From contig JBFWNU010000002.1 in NCBI GenBank assembly GCA_050250895.1, forward strand, positions 695,659 to 759,658: a stretch of DNA of 64,000 nt, written 5' to 3'. The position numbers were made by a program, and so were the translations under genes. Positions 44,466 through 54,388 of this stretch are shown here, one piece after another. The notes under the pieces were generated by a model, which did not search any database, was not told where the DNA came from, and worked only from the letters and a program-made list of their open reading frames with translations. The number at the start of each line of letters is the position of its first letter. Position 1 is the stretch's first letter. The stretch comes from Vulcanimicrobiota bacterium. GTDB lineage: Bacteria > Vulcanimicrobiota > Xenobia > Xenobiales > JADMJV01.

Positions 44466-45865
44466 GTCTGGTCGTCCTGTTACTGGTTCCTTTTCTGATC
44501 GGCATGTGCTGCCTCACCCAGACGCGTGAGGCGGGGCGGCCTTTTGCTATCGCCGGCTCGCTCGGTCACCTGTTGCTGGCGCTGTGGGTCGTGTCTCGGC
44601 CCGAATGGCCCCACTTCCAGCTGGCCTGGCTGCCCTCGGCCGGACTGACCTTCTCGCTCGCAGTCGACGGCGCGGGCTATCTGTTGCTGGTGCTGACGCC
44701 ACTGTTGACCACGCTGGCTTTGATCCTAACCCCGCCCGAGATCGACCGGGCCGAGTCGTTCTATGGCCTGTTGCTGATCCTCTCGGCCGCTCTCACGGGG
44801 CTGTTTCTGGCCGACAATCTACTGCTGTTCTACTTTTTCTTCGAGGTGATGCTGCTGCCGGCCTTGCTGCTGACCGCCCGCTGGGGAGGAGCCAACGGAC
44901 GCAAAGCGGCCTTCAAGTTCTTCCTGTTCACTCTGGCCGGCAGTCTGCCCATGTTGTTCGGCGTTCTGTTTCTGGCCGCGAGCACCGACGGCAATCTCGA
45001 TTTCTCCAACCTGCGCACCGTCGATCCGGGAACGCAGCGCTGGCTCTTCGTGCTCTTCGCTCTGGCCTTCTCGGTCAAGACACCGCTGGTGCCGTTCCAT
45101 GGCTGGCTGGTCGATCTCTATCGCTCGGCGCCGCCGCAAGTGACGGCAGTGGTCGCGGCGGTGATGTCCAAGGCCGGCGTCTACGGCTTTATCAAGGTCG
45201 GCCTGCTGGTCTTTCCCGAGGCAATGGCCTCGGCCGCCCCGGTCCTGTTGGTGATGGCCGTGATTGGCGTGCTCTATGGCGGTCTCTGTGCCCTGGGCGA
45301 CCCGACCATCACAGGAACCCTGGCCTACTCCAGTCTTTCCCACATGGGGATGATCGTGATGGGGTTGGTGGCCCTCAATCGCACCGGGCTCTCGGGCGGA
45401 ACCCTCCAGATGCTCAATCACGGCCTGGCCACCGGTGGACTGTTTCTGGTGGTGGCGGTGCTGGCCGGCCGGGGGCTTTCGGACCAGCTCGACCAGAACG
45501 GCGGGCTGGCTCAATCGGCTCCCCGACTGGCCGTGGTCTTTTTGTTCTTGACCATGGCTTCCTTGGGTCTGCCGGGGCTTTGCTCCTATCCCGGTGAGGT
45601 GCTCATCCTCACCGGCCTCTTTCGCCAGTCTCCCCGAATGACAGTGCTGGCTTCCCTGGGCATCGTGATCGCTGCCTGGTATCTGCTCAGGCTCTATCAG
45701 GGCGTCATGCACGGGCCCGGTCGACAATCGACCAGCGATCTCAGCGCCTGGGAATTCTCGGGGTTCTTGCCTTTGCTGGTGCTGGTCGTGGTCGTGGGCG
45801 CGGCGCCGGGTGTCTGGCTCGATCCTGTTCAACTTTGGATGGAAACGGCGGGAATTCTCCAGTGA
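44462..45865 (+). CDS. nuoM: NADH-quinone oxidoreductase subunit M
   Basis: FYFFFE, VKTPLVPFHGWL and AYSSLSHMG motifs. Confidence 0.94.
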   Translation: MSLVVLLLVPFLIGMCCLTQTREAGRPFAIAGSLGHLLLALWVVSRPEWPHFQLAWLPSAGLTFSLAVDGAGYLLLVLTPLLTTLALILTPPEIDRAESFYGLLLILSAALTGLFLADNLLLFYFFFEVMLLPALLLTARWGGANGRKAAFKFFLFTLAGSLPMLFGVLFLAASTDGNLDFSNLRTVDPGTQRWLFVLFALAFSVKTPLVPFHGWLVDLYRSAPPQVTAVVAAVMSKAGVYGFIKVGLLVFPEAMASAAPVLLVMAVIGVLYGGLCALGDPTITGTLAYSSLSHMGMIVMGLVALNRTGLSGGTLQMLNHGLATGGLFLVVAVLAGRGLSDQLDQNGGLAQSAPRLAVVFLFLTMASLGLPGLCSYPGEVLILTGLFRQSPRMTVLASLGIVIAAWYLLRLYQGVMHGPGRQSTSDLSAWEFSGFLPLLVLVVVVGAAPGVWLDPVQLWMETAGILQ

Positions 45866-47310
45866 ACCAGATGATTTTGAGCCTTCCGTCGTTAGCCGAC
45901 TTTCAGACCATCGTCCCCGAACTGGTCCTGGGGGCTTTGGTGGTGATGGCCCTGCTGCTCGAACTGGGTGGTCAGGAAGAGCAAGCCGAGCCTCCCATCG
46001 CTCGCCTGGCACCGCTGGCTTTGTTGGGGCTGATCGGTTGGCTCTTTACGCGCCCCGGACGCGAGTCGTTTCTCGGCTTTAACCTGATGGTGGTCGACGA
46101 TGGAATCTCGCGGGCTCTGGCTCTGGTAGTGAGCCTGGCGCTGCTGCTCACCTTCACCGTGGGTGTGGGCGAACTCGATTATCATCGTGTGGGCTTTCGG
46201 GGCGAGTTTTTCGCCCTGTTGCTGTCGGCCGGTCTGGGCATGGTGCTGATGGGCGCCGCCAACAACCTGATCGTGATCTTTCTGGGGCTCGAGCTGTTCT
46301 CTCTATCGCTCTATCTTCTGTGCGTGTTTTTCCCTCACGAGCCAGCCTCGCAAGAATCGGGTCTCAAATATTTCATCCTGAGTTCGGCTGCCTCGGCAGT
46401 CATGTTGTACGGCATGGCCCTGATTTATGGGGCGACCGGCTCGACCTGGCTGGGTGAAATCATGGCCTCGCTCGAGCACGAGCCGGGCCTGCTGGTGCGG
46501 GCGGGGATGATGCTGGTGCTGGCCGGGCTGGCCTTCAAGGTTTCGGCGGTCCCCCTTCATAACTGGACTCCCGACGTTTATGAAGGCGCGCCGACCAGCG
46601 TCACCGCCTTCATGTCGGTAGCCACCAAAGCGGCTGCGCTGACCGTCTTGATTCGCATCTTCGCCCACCAGAAGGGGGAATTCAGCCCGGTCTGGATGGC
46701 TATGGTCGGAGGACTGGTGGTGACCTCGGTCCTGACCGGCAACCTGATGGCTTTGGCCCAGACCCGGGTGAAACGGATGCTGGCCTATTCGGGTATCGGT
46801 CACGCCGGCTATCTGCTGATGGCGATTACGGCTCAAGGCAGCGCCGATGGCGCGCTCTATTTCTATCTAGTGGTCTATGCGTTCATGAACGTCGGGGCTT
46901 TTCTGGCTGTGCTCTGCCTCGAGCAGGCCCTCCAGACCGAAGTAACCATCGAGTCTTGTCGGGGACTGGCGTCGCGCAACCCGCTCTGGGCCTGGTCGTT
47001 TGCTCTTTGCCTGGTGGCTCTCGCCGGTCTTCCGCCCACGGGCGGCTTTTTGGCCAAGTATTTCCTGTTCTCGGCCGTGCTCGAGGCCGGCCAGGCGGCC
47101 TTGCCGGCCATCGGCCTCATCGGATCATTCATCGGAGCTGCTTACTATCTCGGCCTGGTGTTGAAAATATTCTCCAGCAGCGACGAAGAGGAGCAACAGC
47201 CGCCCCTCGAGATGCCCTCTGGGGCCCTGCTGGGCCTGGCGCTATGCGCTTTCGGCGCTCTCGCCCTCGGTTTGGCGCCCGGCCCGCTCTTTGGCTGGAT
47301 CGGTCTCTAG
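45862..47310 (+). CDS. nuoN: NADH-quinone oxidoreductase subunit N
   Basis: ESGLKYF, FKVSAVPLHNWTPDVYEGAP and KRMLAYSGI motifs. Confidence 0.95.
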   Translation: MNQMILSLPSLADFQTIVPELVLGALVVMALLLELGGQEEQAEPPIARLAPLALLGLIGWLFTRPGRESFLGFNLMVVDDGISRALALVVSLALLLTFTVGVGELDYHRVGFRGEFFALLLSAGLGMVLMGAANNLIVIFLGLELFSLSLYLLCVFFPHEPASQESGLKYFILSSAASAVMLYGMALIYGATGSTWLGEIMASLEHEPGLLVRAGMMLVLAGLAFKVSAVPLHNWTPDVYEGAPTSVTAFMSVATKAAALTVLIRIFAHQKGEFSPVWMAMVGGLVVTSVLTGNLMALAQTRVKRMLAYSGIGHAGYLLMAITAQGSADGALYFYLVVYAFMNVGAFLAVLCLEQALQTEVTIESCRGLASRNPLWAWSFALCLVALAGLPPTGGFLAKYFLFSAVLEAGQAALPAIGLIGSFIGAAYYLGLVLKIFSSSDEEEQQPPLEMPSGALLGLALCAFGALALGLAPGPLFGWIGL

Positions 47311-48357
47311 AGTCCGTCGGTCGCCCGGACGATTGCGGCGGGCGTCCATTAGAATGGCCACCCAGCGCAGGTCGTCGCTGTTTTCCAGCAGGATCTTGAT
47401 GAGCATGGTGATGGGCACCGACAGCAGCATTCCGATGGGACCCCACACCCAGCCCCAGAACACCAGCGAGAGAAAGACCACCAGGGGCGACAGTCCCAGC
47501 TGACGGCCCATCATGGTCGGTTCAAGAAAGTTGCTCACGCCGGTGTTGATCACGATGTATCCGATCGCTAGCACTCCCACCTGGACGAAGCTCAACTGCA
47601 CCAGCGCCAGCAGCAGGGCCGGCACCGCGGCGATGATCGAGCCGACCACCGGGATGTAGTTGAGCAAGAAAGCGAGCAGCCCCCACAGCATGGGCAACTC
47701 GACTCCGATCGCAAAGCACATCAAGAAGACGGCCAGACCCGTGATGGCGCTGGTGACGCTTTTTACCAGCAGATAGCGTTGAACGTCGTGAGCGACCCGT
47801 TCGAGGCGGTCGACATCGACCGACTCGTCCAGGGCCGAACGAAGCTTGTGGCGGTAGTCGGTGGCTTCGAACAGCAAGAAGACCGCGATCACGATGGCCG
47901 TGGCCGAACTCGAGAACAGGCGCATGAGTCCTTTGAGAAGATTGCCTACCAGTTCCACCACCATGCCGGCATTCACTTCGGTGCCGGTCTCGGGCAACAC
48001 AAATCCGAAGCGTTTGAGATAACCCTCCACGGTTTCTAGCAGGCTCTGGAAGGGCTCTTGATACTTAGGCAGGATGTCGATCAGGTGACTGATCGAGTTG
48101 GCCAGCAGGGTGCCCGCGCCAAAGACGAGTCCGGCAATTACCACCGTCACGAACACCGCCGCCAACGGGCCAGGAACTTTCTTTTCTTGCAGCCAGTAGA
48201 CGGGGCCAACGCCGACGATAGCTACCAACAGGGCGAACATGAAAGGGGCCAGGATAGCTCGGGCGGCGGTCAGGCCGGCTACCACGATGACCAGGGCGGC
48301 GGCTCCCATCAAGAGCCGGTAGCCGGCGAAACTGATTCGTTCTTTGGTGTCTTTCAT
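47242..48357 (-). CDS. AI-2E family transporter
   Basis: LLNYIPVVGS, LEPTMMGRQLGLSP and WGPIGMLLSVP motifs; start ATG 48357. Confidence 0.92.
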   Translation of the reverse strand: MKDTKERISFAGYRLLMGAAALVIVVAGLTAARAILAPFMFALLVAIVGVGPVYWLQEKKVPGPLAAVFVTVVIAGLVFGAGTLLANSISHLIDILPKYQEPFQSLLETVEGYLKRFGFVLPETGTEVNAGMVVELVGNLLKGLMRLFSSSATAIVIAVFLLFEATDYRHKLRSALDESVDVDRLERVAHDVQRYLLVKSVTSAITGLAVFLMCFAIGVELPMLWGLLAFLLNYIPVVGSIIAAVPALLLALVQLSFVQVGVLAIGYIVINTGVSNFLEPTMMGRQLGLSPLVVFLSLVFWGWVWGPIGMLLSVPITMLIKILLENSDDLRWVAILMDARRNRPGDRRTLETDPAKERAGRQTEGESAESA

Positions 48358-49493
48358 CGGGCATCCCTTTGAGACGGTGGTGCGATCCATTCTAACACCA
48401 GGGGGCCTTCCAGGTGACCCCGGCCAGGACCGCCAGCGGCATAAACTCTCACCGGTCCGACTTTCTCGACCACAGCCAGCAGACAACCGTCGGCTGGGCT
48501 TAAGGCTTGTCTCAGGGCCTTCGAGGCCGGTTGGTCGGCCAGCGAAGTCTCGGCGATGCGGGCCGAGATGGCCTGGCCCAGGCCGTCGGCCCCCAGGTTG
48601 ATGCCAAACAACACAACATCGGATACCAGCGCGAAGGCGAATTCTTGATCCAGGCTTTGGCGAATGGCGACGCCCTCACGATAGTAGGTCGGCAACGAGG
48701 TGCTGACCACGGCAGGCAAGAGGCGTGCCGCCAGCCGTTCGGCACCGCTCGGATCGCTCAGCAAAGCCACGACCTGGAGCGGCATCTCTTTCACCTCGGC
48801 GAGCTGTTCGGGCCGACGGGCCAGCGAAAAGCCGACTTCTCCGGCCAGTAGCGACAACAGATCCTGTTTGAAGTCAAGGCCCCAGCGGGCGAACTCGGTT
48901 TGGAGTTCGTCGACTAATTGAGGATTGTACCGGGCCAGAGCAGCCACATCCAGCACCCCGACCAGTTCGTCATCCTGGCCGAAGAACTCCAAGGTCTGTA
49001 GACTGAGCGACCCGCGCGGCAGGTTGGGGGGAAGATCGCCTTCGAAACGCCAGCGACCCACCGAAAGGGGGCCGCTGGGATCGAAGCTGGCCCACAGCCG
49101 ACCCTGCGGATACTTCTGCAGCCAGAGACCCCCAGCTGCGTCGTGGGCCGGGGTCAGCCCAGGATCGTCGGCCAGGCTGGGGGCGGGGGATTGGGGTTCG
49201 AGCTGCCACTGGGCATGCCGACCGGAACCGTCGACCCAGTGGATGAACACCTGAGCCTGGGGCGGTGGTGGACTGGCTTTGAGCCGCTGGCACACAAACT
49301 GCAGCGTGAACGGGTCGAGGTCGAGATTGGTCAAGTCCAACACCAGGGCCTGGCTGGCCTGGGCCGGAATGCAGGCCAGGGCGAGTTTCACCCGGCTGGG
49401 TCCAGGCTGGATCCCGGTGGGCCAGTACATCGTCAAGCAAGCGACGAGAGTCGCCAGTGCGAGCAGTAACCGTGGGCTTCTGGTCTGGTTCAA
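48354..49493 (-). CDS. Membrane-anchored hypothetical protein (DUF3352-like segment)
   Basis: N-terminal hydrophobic anchor and GLDFKQDLLSLLAGEV; start uncertain. Confidence 0.55.
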   Translation of the reverse strand: MNQTRSPRLLLALATLVACLTMYWPTGIQPGPSRVKLALACIPAQASQALVLDLTNLDLDPFTLQFVCQRLKASPPPPQAQVFIHWVDGSGRHAQWQLEPQSPAPSLADDPGLTPAHDAAGGLWLQKYPQGRLWASFDPSGPLSVGRWRFEGDLPPNLPRGSLSLQTLEFFGQDDELVGVLDVAALARYNPQLVDELQTEFARWGLDFKQDLLSLLAGEVGFSLARRPEQLAEVKEMPLQVVALLSDPSGAERLAARLLPAVVSTSLPTYYREGVAIRQSLDQEFAFALVSDVVLFGINLGADGLGQAISARIAETSLADQPASKALRQALSPADGCLLAVVEKVGPVRVYAAGGPGRGHLEGPLVLEWIAPPSQRDAR

Positions 49494-49596
49494 CGTCAAA
49501 GTGGGTTCGCCCCCATCGGCCTGCAGCCTTCCCGAAACCACGAGCGGAAAGAAGGAGGGGCAGGCGAGGACCCGAAAAAGGTGGCAACAGACGAGT

Positions 49597-50439
49597 ATGG
49601 CAAAATTTTGTAATCAATGTGGCGGTTCCGTCGGCGACGCCGCGAAGTTCTGCGGTCAGTGCGGCAACAGACTGCGCCAGACATCGACGATACGCCCCTC
49701 CGGTCCGCCCAGTGAAGAGCCCGCGGCGACGATAGCCCCGCCGCCGATGACCTCTATGCCCGACTCGCCGCCGCCCCCCCAGTATTGGGAGTCTTACGAC
49801 TTCCCCTCGAATAATCCGGGGGCTGAAGAGGCGGCCAGTTCCTGGGAGTCGTCTCCACCCGTTCTTTACAGTGCACGTCACGACGCCTCGCGTCCTCTGC
49901 CCCCGCTCTCGTTTGGACCGTCCACTCCGGTGGGAGCCCAGGAAAAGGCCCGCGACATCGCCCGCAGCTTCGCCCTCTCGGCGGCGGGTATCGTGCTGGT
50001 TCCGATTCCGTTCTCGGATCTTGTCCTGTTGATGCCGATCCAGACGGCCATGGTGCTGGCTATCGGTAAGGCTTTCGAGGTCAAAGACCCGCCCGAGAAA
50101 ATGCTGGCCCACATCGCGGCCGCTTGCGGGGCCAGCGTCTTTGGTCAGATCACGACCTTGTTCGTGGCCAACCTCATCCCTATCATCGGCAAACTGGTGA
50201 GCGCCCCCTTTGTTTATGGCTGGACCTATGGTCTGGGCGAGGTGGCTATCCGCTACTTCGAGTCGCAGGGCGAGATGGAACAGGACGAGATGAAGAGTCT
50301 CTTCAAGAAGATCAGTCGTGACGCCACGCGGGCCTTCAAGAAGGACGAGACCTTCGACACCGGAGAGAGCTTCTCGCACCTGCGCGACCACCTGTCGGAA
50401 GAGGATTATCGCAAGCTGCGCCAGCGCTTCTCGAGTTGA
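49597..50439 (+). CDS. Zinc-ribbon plus DUF697/YcjF-like domain protein
   Basis: FCNQCG...FCGQCG, a Pro/Ser linker and VPIPFSDLVLLMPIQTAMV. Confidence 0.82.
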   Translation: MAKFCNQCGGSVGDAAKFCGQCGNRLRQTSTIRPSGPPSEEPAATIAPPPMTSMPDSPPPPQYWESYDFPSNNPGAEEAASSWESSPPVLYSARHDASRPLPPLSFGPSTPVGAQEKARDIARSFALSAAGIVLVPIPFSDLVLLMPIQTAMVLAIGKAFEVKDPPEKMLAHIAAACGASVFGQITTLFVANLIPIIGKLVSAPFVYGWTYGLGEVAIRYFESQGEMEQDEMKSLFKKISRDATRAFKKDETFDTGESFSHLRDHLSEEDYRKLRQRFSS

Positions 50440-51245
50440 GCCTCAGTCGCATCCTCCATCCCACCGATTTTAGTCGCGCCAGCGGCCGCGCCTTCGATCA
50501 CGCCTTGAAGTTGGCCCTGGCTAGCCGCGGTCATCTGGGAGTGGTCCACGTGGATGCGGGCGGCGAGCATTCTCAGTGGAGCGACTTTCCCGGCGTGCGC
50601 GAGCGACTCATCCATTGGGGCGAGCTGCCTGAGGGCGCGTCCAAGAAGGATGTGCCGCGCCTGGGACTGTCGGTGGGCAAGGTGCGGCTCAAAGGCGCTA
50701 CGGTGCGGGCCCTGGCCGATGCGGCTCACAAGGATCACGCCGACTTTTTGGTGATGGCCACGCACGCTCGGGGCCTGCTTGAGCGTCTGTTGCACCCCAG
50801 CGTGGCCGAGCCGGTGGCCCGCAAGACGCAGCTACCGGCCCTGTTCGTGCCGCACGGAGCCAGTGGCTTCGTGTCCGAGGAGGGAGCGGTGTCGCTGCAG
50901 CGAGTGCTCGTTCCGGTGGGCCGAAGCCCTTCGCCGAGCCTGGCCGTCGACGCGGCCGCAGGGTTGGCGCGGGCGCTCGGGGCGAGCCCGACCTGCCGGC
51001 TCTTCTTCGTCGGCTCGGCGGGCGACCGGCCCGAGGTGCGAACGCCGGGCGGGGCCTGGGAAGAGACCTGTGCCGAGGGCCCCCTGGTGGATGCCATCGT
51101 GGCGGAGGTCAAGCACTTCCGGCCTGACCTGGTCGTGATGGCGACGCTGGGGCACGATAGCCTGAGCGACACTCTGGTGGGCAGCCACACCGAGCAGGTA
51201 TTGCGCCAGGTCGACTGCCCTCTGCTCGCCGTCCCGGCCCGATGA
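50436..51245 (+). CDS. Tandem universal stress protein
   Basis: ILHPTDFS, LVMATH and GSHTEQVLRQVDCPLL motifs. Confidence 0.9.
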   Translation: MSLSRILHPTDFSRASGRAFDHALKLALASRGHLGVVHVDAGGEHSQWSDFPGVRERLIHWGELPEGASKKDVPRLGLSVGKVRLKGATVRALADAAHKDHADFLVMATHARGLLERLLHPSVAEPVARKTQLPALFVPHGASGFVSEEGAVSLQRVLVPVGRSPSPSLAVDAAAGLARALGASPTCRLFFVGSAGDRPEVRTPGGAWEETCAEGPLVDAIVAEVKHFRPDLVVMATLGHDSLSDTLVGSHTEQVLRQVDCPLLAVPAR

Positions 51246-51364
51246 CACCCCTCGAGCGCGCCAGGCTCAGCCTCACCGGTCTGTGCCTGGAGCGGTCAGG
51301 GCGGCGCGGCGCGTGGTCGAATGACAGGTCGGTGTGGGTCGCCAGTGGGGCGCCTGAGAAATAA
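51242..51364 (+). pseudogene. Probable 5' remnant of an ADP-ribosylglycohydrolase gene
   Basis: ATGA overlap with the USP stop; MTPLERARLSLTGLCL, diverging where GDA.G is expected. Confidence 0.5.
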
Positions 51365-51526
51365 ACCGCGGAGATCAGGAGGGCCCGGAGAGGGTTGTGG
51401 GGGGCGTGGGTTGAGCGTCCTGGCGAGTGATTCGGCAGCCTACATTGCCGGATGACCGGCGTGGCTCACCCGCGGCGACCCGGCGGCCGCCCGCGACCCC
51501 GCCCGCCGAGGCTCCCTCGGCCAGAC

Positions 51527-51577
51527 TTGCAATTGTCTTTGTCGTGGATTATACTTTGCGTTGTAAAGCAAAGGAGG
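51527..51577 (+). promoter_or_regulatory. Sigma70 promoter, inverted repeat and SD for the radical SAM gene
   Basis: TTGCAA-N17-TATACT; CTTTGC...GTAAAG/GCAAAG inverted repeat; AAGGAGG. Confidence 0.75.
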
Positions 51578-51581
51578 TCGC

Positions 51582-53099
51582 GTGCGCGTCAAGTTTATCC
51601 TGCCTGCTCTGACCGAGGCTACCAGCCCCTACTGGCGGCCCATTAAATACTCGCTCTTTCCACCCCTGGGCCTGGCCACGCTGGCCGGCTATCTAGGACC
51701 CGGCGACGAAGCCTGGCTCGAAGACGAGCATGTCGAGCCGCTCAACCTTGACGACCGGCCAGAGGTGGTGGCCATCGAGGTCTACATCACCTCGGCCCGC
51801 CGGGCCTACGAGATTGCCGCTCACTATCGCGCCCGAGGGGTCCACGTCTGCCTGGGCGGGCTGCATGTGACCTCGCTTCCGGACGAGGCAGCCGCCCACG
51901 CCGACACCATTTTTTTGGGGCCGGGCGAAGACACCTGGCCGGCCTTCCTGGCCGACCATCGCCAGGGGAGGGCCAGGGCGAGGTATACCTCCCAGCGGCG
52001 CACGCTCGCTGGCCTGCCACCGATTCGCCGGGACCTGATCAAGCGGCGCAACTATCTGGTGCCGAACTCCATTGTGGTCACCCGCGGTTGTCCCCATCGT
52101 TGCGACTTTTGCTACAAAGAAGCGTTCTTCAGGGGCGGCAAGGGTTTCTATACTCAGACGGTGGATGACGCCCTGGCCGAGATCGACCGTTTGCCCGGAC
52201 GCCACCTCTATTTCCTCGACGACCATATCTTCGGCAACGCTCCCTTTGCCGAGGCGCTTTTCACCGGAATGGCGGGAATGGGGCGGCTCTGGCAGGGGGC
52301 GGCTACCGTCCAGTCGGTGCTCAAGACCGACCTGCCGCAACGAGCGGCCGAGGCCGGATTGAGGAGTCTGTTCGTCGGCTTCGAGACGCTGAGCGCCGGC
52401 AACCTCAAAGACCATGCCAAGCTCCAGAACCTGGGCCGCGACTATGACGAGTGCGTGCGTAAACTGCACGACCTGGGAGTGATGATCAACGGCAGTTTCG
52501 TCTTCGGGATGGACGACGACGGCCCTGATGTCTTCGCGCGCACGGTCGAGTGGGCAGTCTCGCGGGGCATCGAGACGGCCACGTTCCATATCCTGACGCC
52601 CTATCCCGACACCGCTCTCTTTGCGCGCATCGAGGCTCAGGGAAGGCTTCTTCACCGCGACTGGGACCGCTACGACACGCGCCACGTCGTCTTTCAGCCC
52701 CGCGGTATGACTCCCGAGCAGCTCGAGCAGGGCTATTGGCGAGCCTACCGCGATTTCTATCGCTGGAGTTCGATTGCCCGCGGAGCGAGCAGCAAGAAGA
52801 CCCTACTCCGGCGAGCCCGCCATTTGGCCTACGCGGCCGGCTGGAAGAAGTTCGAGTGGGTGTGGGACAGAATCATCCGCGCCCGCCAGACCAACCGCAT
52901 CTTGCCGGTTCTCGAGGGCGTTCTCTCGGGCTGCGGCCTGCTCGACAACCATCCCGACGAGATTCCTTCAAAGGCGGCCTCGTTCGTGCCACCAGTCTTC
53001 TCCGACCAGGACCGCTCGGATGAGTTGGGCCAGCCCGTAGGCGAAGGGCTCGGGCGGCCAGGGCCAGAGCTTGCGATTGACAAACCAGTGGCGAGATAG
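51582..53099 (+). CDS. B12-binding radical SAM protein
   Basis: PPLGLATLA, GGLHVT, TRGCPHRCDFC and FVGFE motifs. Confidence 0.92.
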   Translation: MRVKFILPALTEATSPYWRPIKYSLFPPLGLATLAGYLGPGDEAWLEDEHVEPLNLDDRPEVVAIEVYITSARRAYEIAAHYRARGVHVCLGGLHVTSLPDEAAAHADTIFLGPGEDTWPAFLADHRQGRARARYTSQRRTLAGLPPIRRDLIKRRNYLVPNSIVVTRGCPHRCDFCYKEAFFRGGKGFYTQTVDDALAEIDRLPGRHLYFLDDHIFGNAPFAEALFTGMAGMGRLWQGAATVQSVLKTDLPQRAAEAGLRSLFVGFETLSAGNLKDHAKLQNLGRDYDECVRKLHDLGVMINGSFVFGMDDDGPDVFARTVEWAVSRGIETATFHILTPYPDTALFARIEAQGRLLHRDWDRYDTRHVVFQPRGMTPEQLEQGYWRAYRDFYRWSSIARGASSKKTLLRRARHLAYAAGWKKFEWVWDRIIRARQTNRILPVLEGVLSGCGLLDNHPDEIPSKAASFVPPVFSDQDRSDELGQPVGEGLGRPGPELAIDKPVAR

Positions 53100-54299
53100 G
53101 TCGGTATCTTGCTCGAGTACCAGGTCCTTTAGCACTTCAGCCACCAGGTGGCTGATGGAGACGCCATGGCCGACATAGCCAAGAGCATAGACGGCGTTGC
53201 GATCACCCAGATACCCCATGGCGGGAACCATGGCGACGGGCACCGACACCGGGCCACCCCAGCGATACTCGATTCGGGTTTCTTGCAATTGGGGAAAGGT
53301 GCGACTGAGAAAGCGCTCGAGGGCCTCGAAGGTGGGAGGATGGCGGTCGAGTTCCAGGTCATCGCCATAGGGGATTCCCACCGCGCCGCCCCCGCACAAG
53401 AGGCGATTGTCGGCGGTCAGACGGTAGTAGTGCAGCAGGTTGCGGGCATCCTCGAGCCCTTCCCGGCCCCGCCAGCCGATACTCTCGAGCTGTTGGGGAG
53501 AAAGCGGTTCGGTGAGGATGATGTGGGTGAAAGCCGGATGTTGCTTGCCTCGGGTAGGGGCCAGCAGGTTCGAATAGCTGCCGGCGGCCAGCACCAGTTT
53601 GTCGGCGATGGCGGTGCCGCCCGGGCAATGCAAGCGAATCGAGCCGTTCTTCTCGATGGCCCCGACCGGCGTTTGTTCGAAGAACCTCACTCCCAGTTCG
53701 AGATTGACGCGCTTGAGTTCCCAGGCCAGCTTGGCCGGGTTGACCAGGGCCATGCGCGGCTCCCAGATCGAGCCCAAGTAGGTGGGGGAGTCGGCCCGGG
53801 CCCGGGTGGCCTGGGCGTCGAGCCACTCGAATCCATCAAAGCCCAGGCCCTGCACGAGTTCGATCTCTTGTTGGCAACGCTTGACGTAGCCGGGATGGGT
53901 GGCCACGCGCAAGAATCCGACCCGTTCGTAGTCGCATTTTAGCCCGTGGCGGTCGACCATGCAGCCCAGATGGTCCACCGCCCGCTCGGCGAAAGCCAGT
54001 GCCTGACGGGCTTTTTCGCGGCCGTGGAGCAGCTTGGTGACAGTGGTGGACAGGCCGAAGGTGGTCATAGCGAACCCGGCGTTGCGTCCACTGCCTCCGA
54101 ACCCGATGACCTGCGACTCGAGCACGCCCACTTCCAGGCCGGGCTGGGCGCTCTTGAGGGCCAGGGCCGTGGAAAGGCCGGTGAACCCTCCGCCCACGAT
54201 GGCTACGTCGAGCTTTACTTCGCCCGCCAGGGGAGGGGAGGGGTGATACTCTCCGGCGGTGGCCAACCAGAAGCTCTTCTCGCGGTAGACCTGGGTCAT
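52968..54299 (-). CDS. FAD-dependent oxidoreductase, DAO/PuuB (gamma-glutamylputrescine oxidase)-like
   Basis: DVAIVGGGFTGL, GGSGRNAG and GYVGHGV motifs; start uncertain. Confidence 0.88.
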   Translation of the reverse strand: MTQVYREKSFWLATAGEYHPSPPLAGEVKLDVAIVGGGFTGLSTALALKSAQPGLEVGVLESQVIGFGGSGRNAGFAMTTFGLSTTVTKLLHGREKARQALAFAERAVDHLGCMVDRHGLKCDYERVGFLRVATHPGYVKRCQQEIELVQGLGFDGFEWLDAQATRARADSPTYLGSIWEPRMALVNPAKLAWELKRVNLELGVRFFEQTPVGAIEKNGSIRLHCPGGTAIADKLVLAAGSYSNLLAPTRGKQHPAFTHIILTEPLSPQQLESIGWRGREGLEDARNLLHYYRLTADNRLLCGGGAVGIPYGDDLELDRHPPTFEALERFLSRTFPQLQETRIEYRWGGPVSVPVAMVPAMGYLGDRNAVYALGYVGHGVSISHLVAEVLKDLVLEQDTDLSRHWFVNRKLWPWPPEPFAYGLAQLIRAVLVGEDWWHERGRL

Positions 54300-54388
54300 T
54301 TTCGAGCTGTTCGGACGGGGGCCGGTCACTCCTGTCGCCGTTGTTGCGCCCAACTCTGAACCTGGCGAGTCAAGCGAGAGGTGAGTCA

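Noticed and set aside
51365-51525. Cobalamin riboswitch ahead of the B12 radical SAM gene
   Set aside because: No B12-box motifs recognised, and the apparent promoter lies downstream of this segment.
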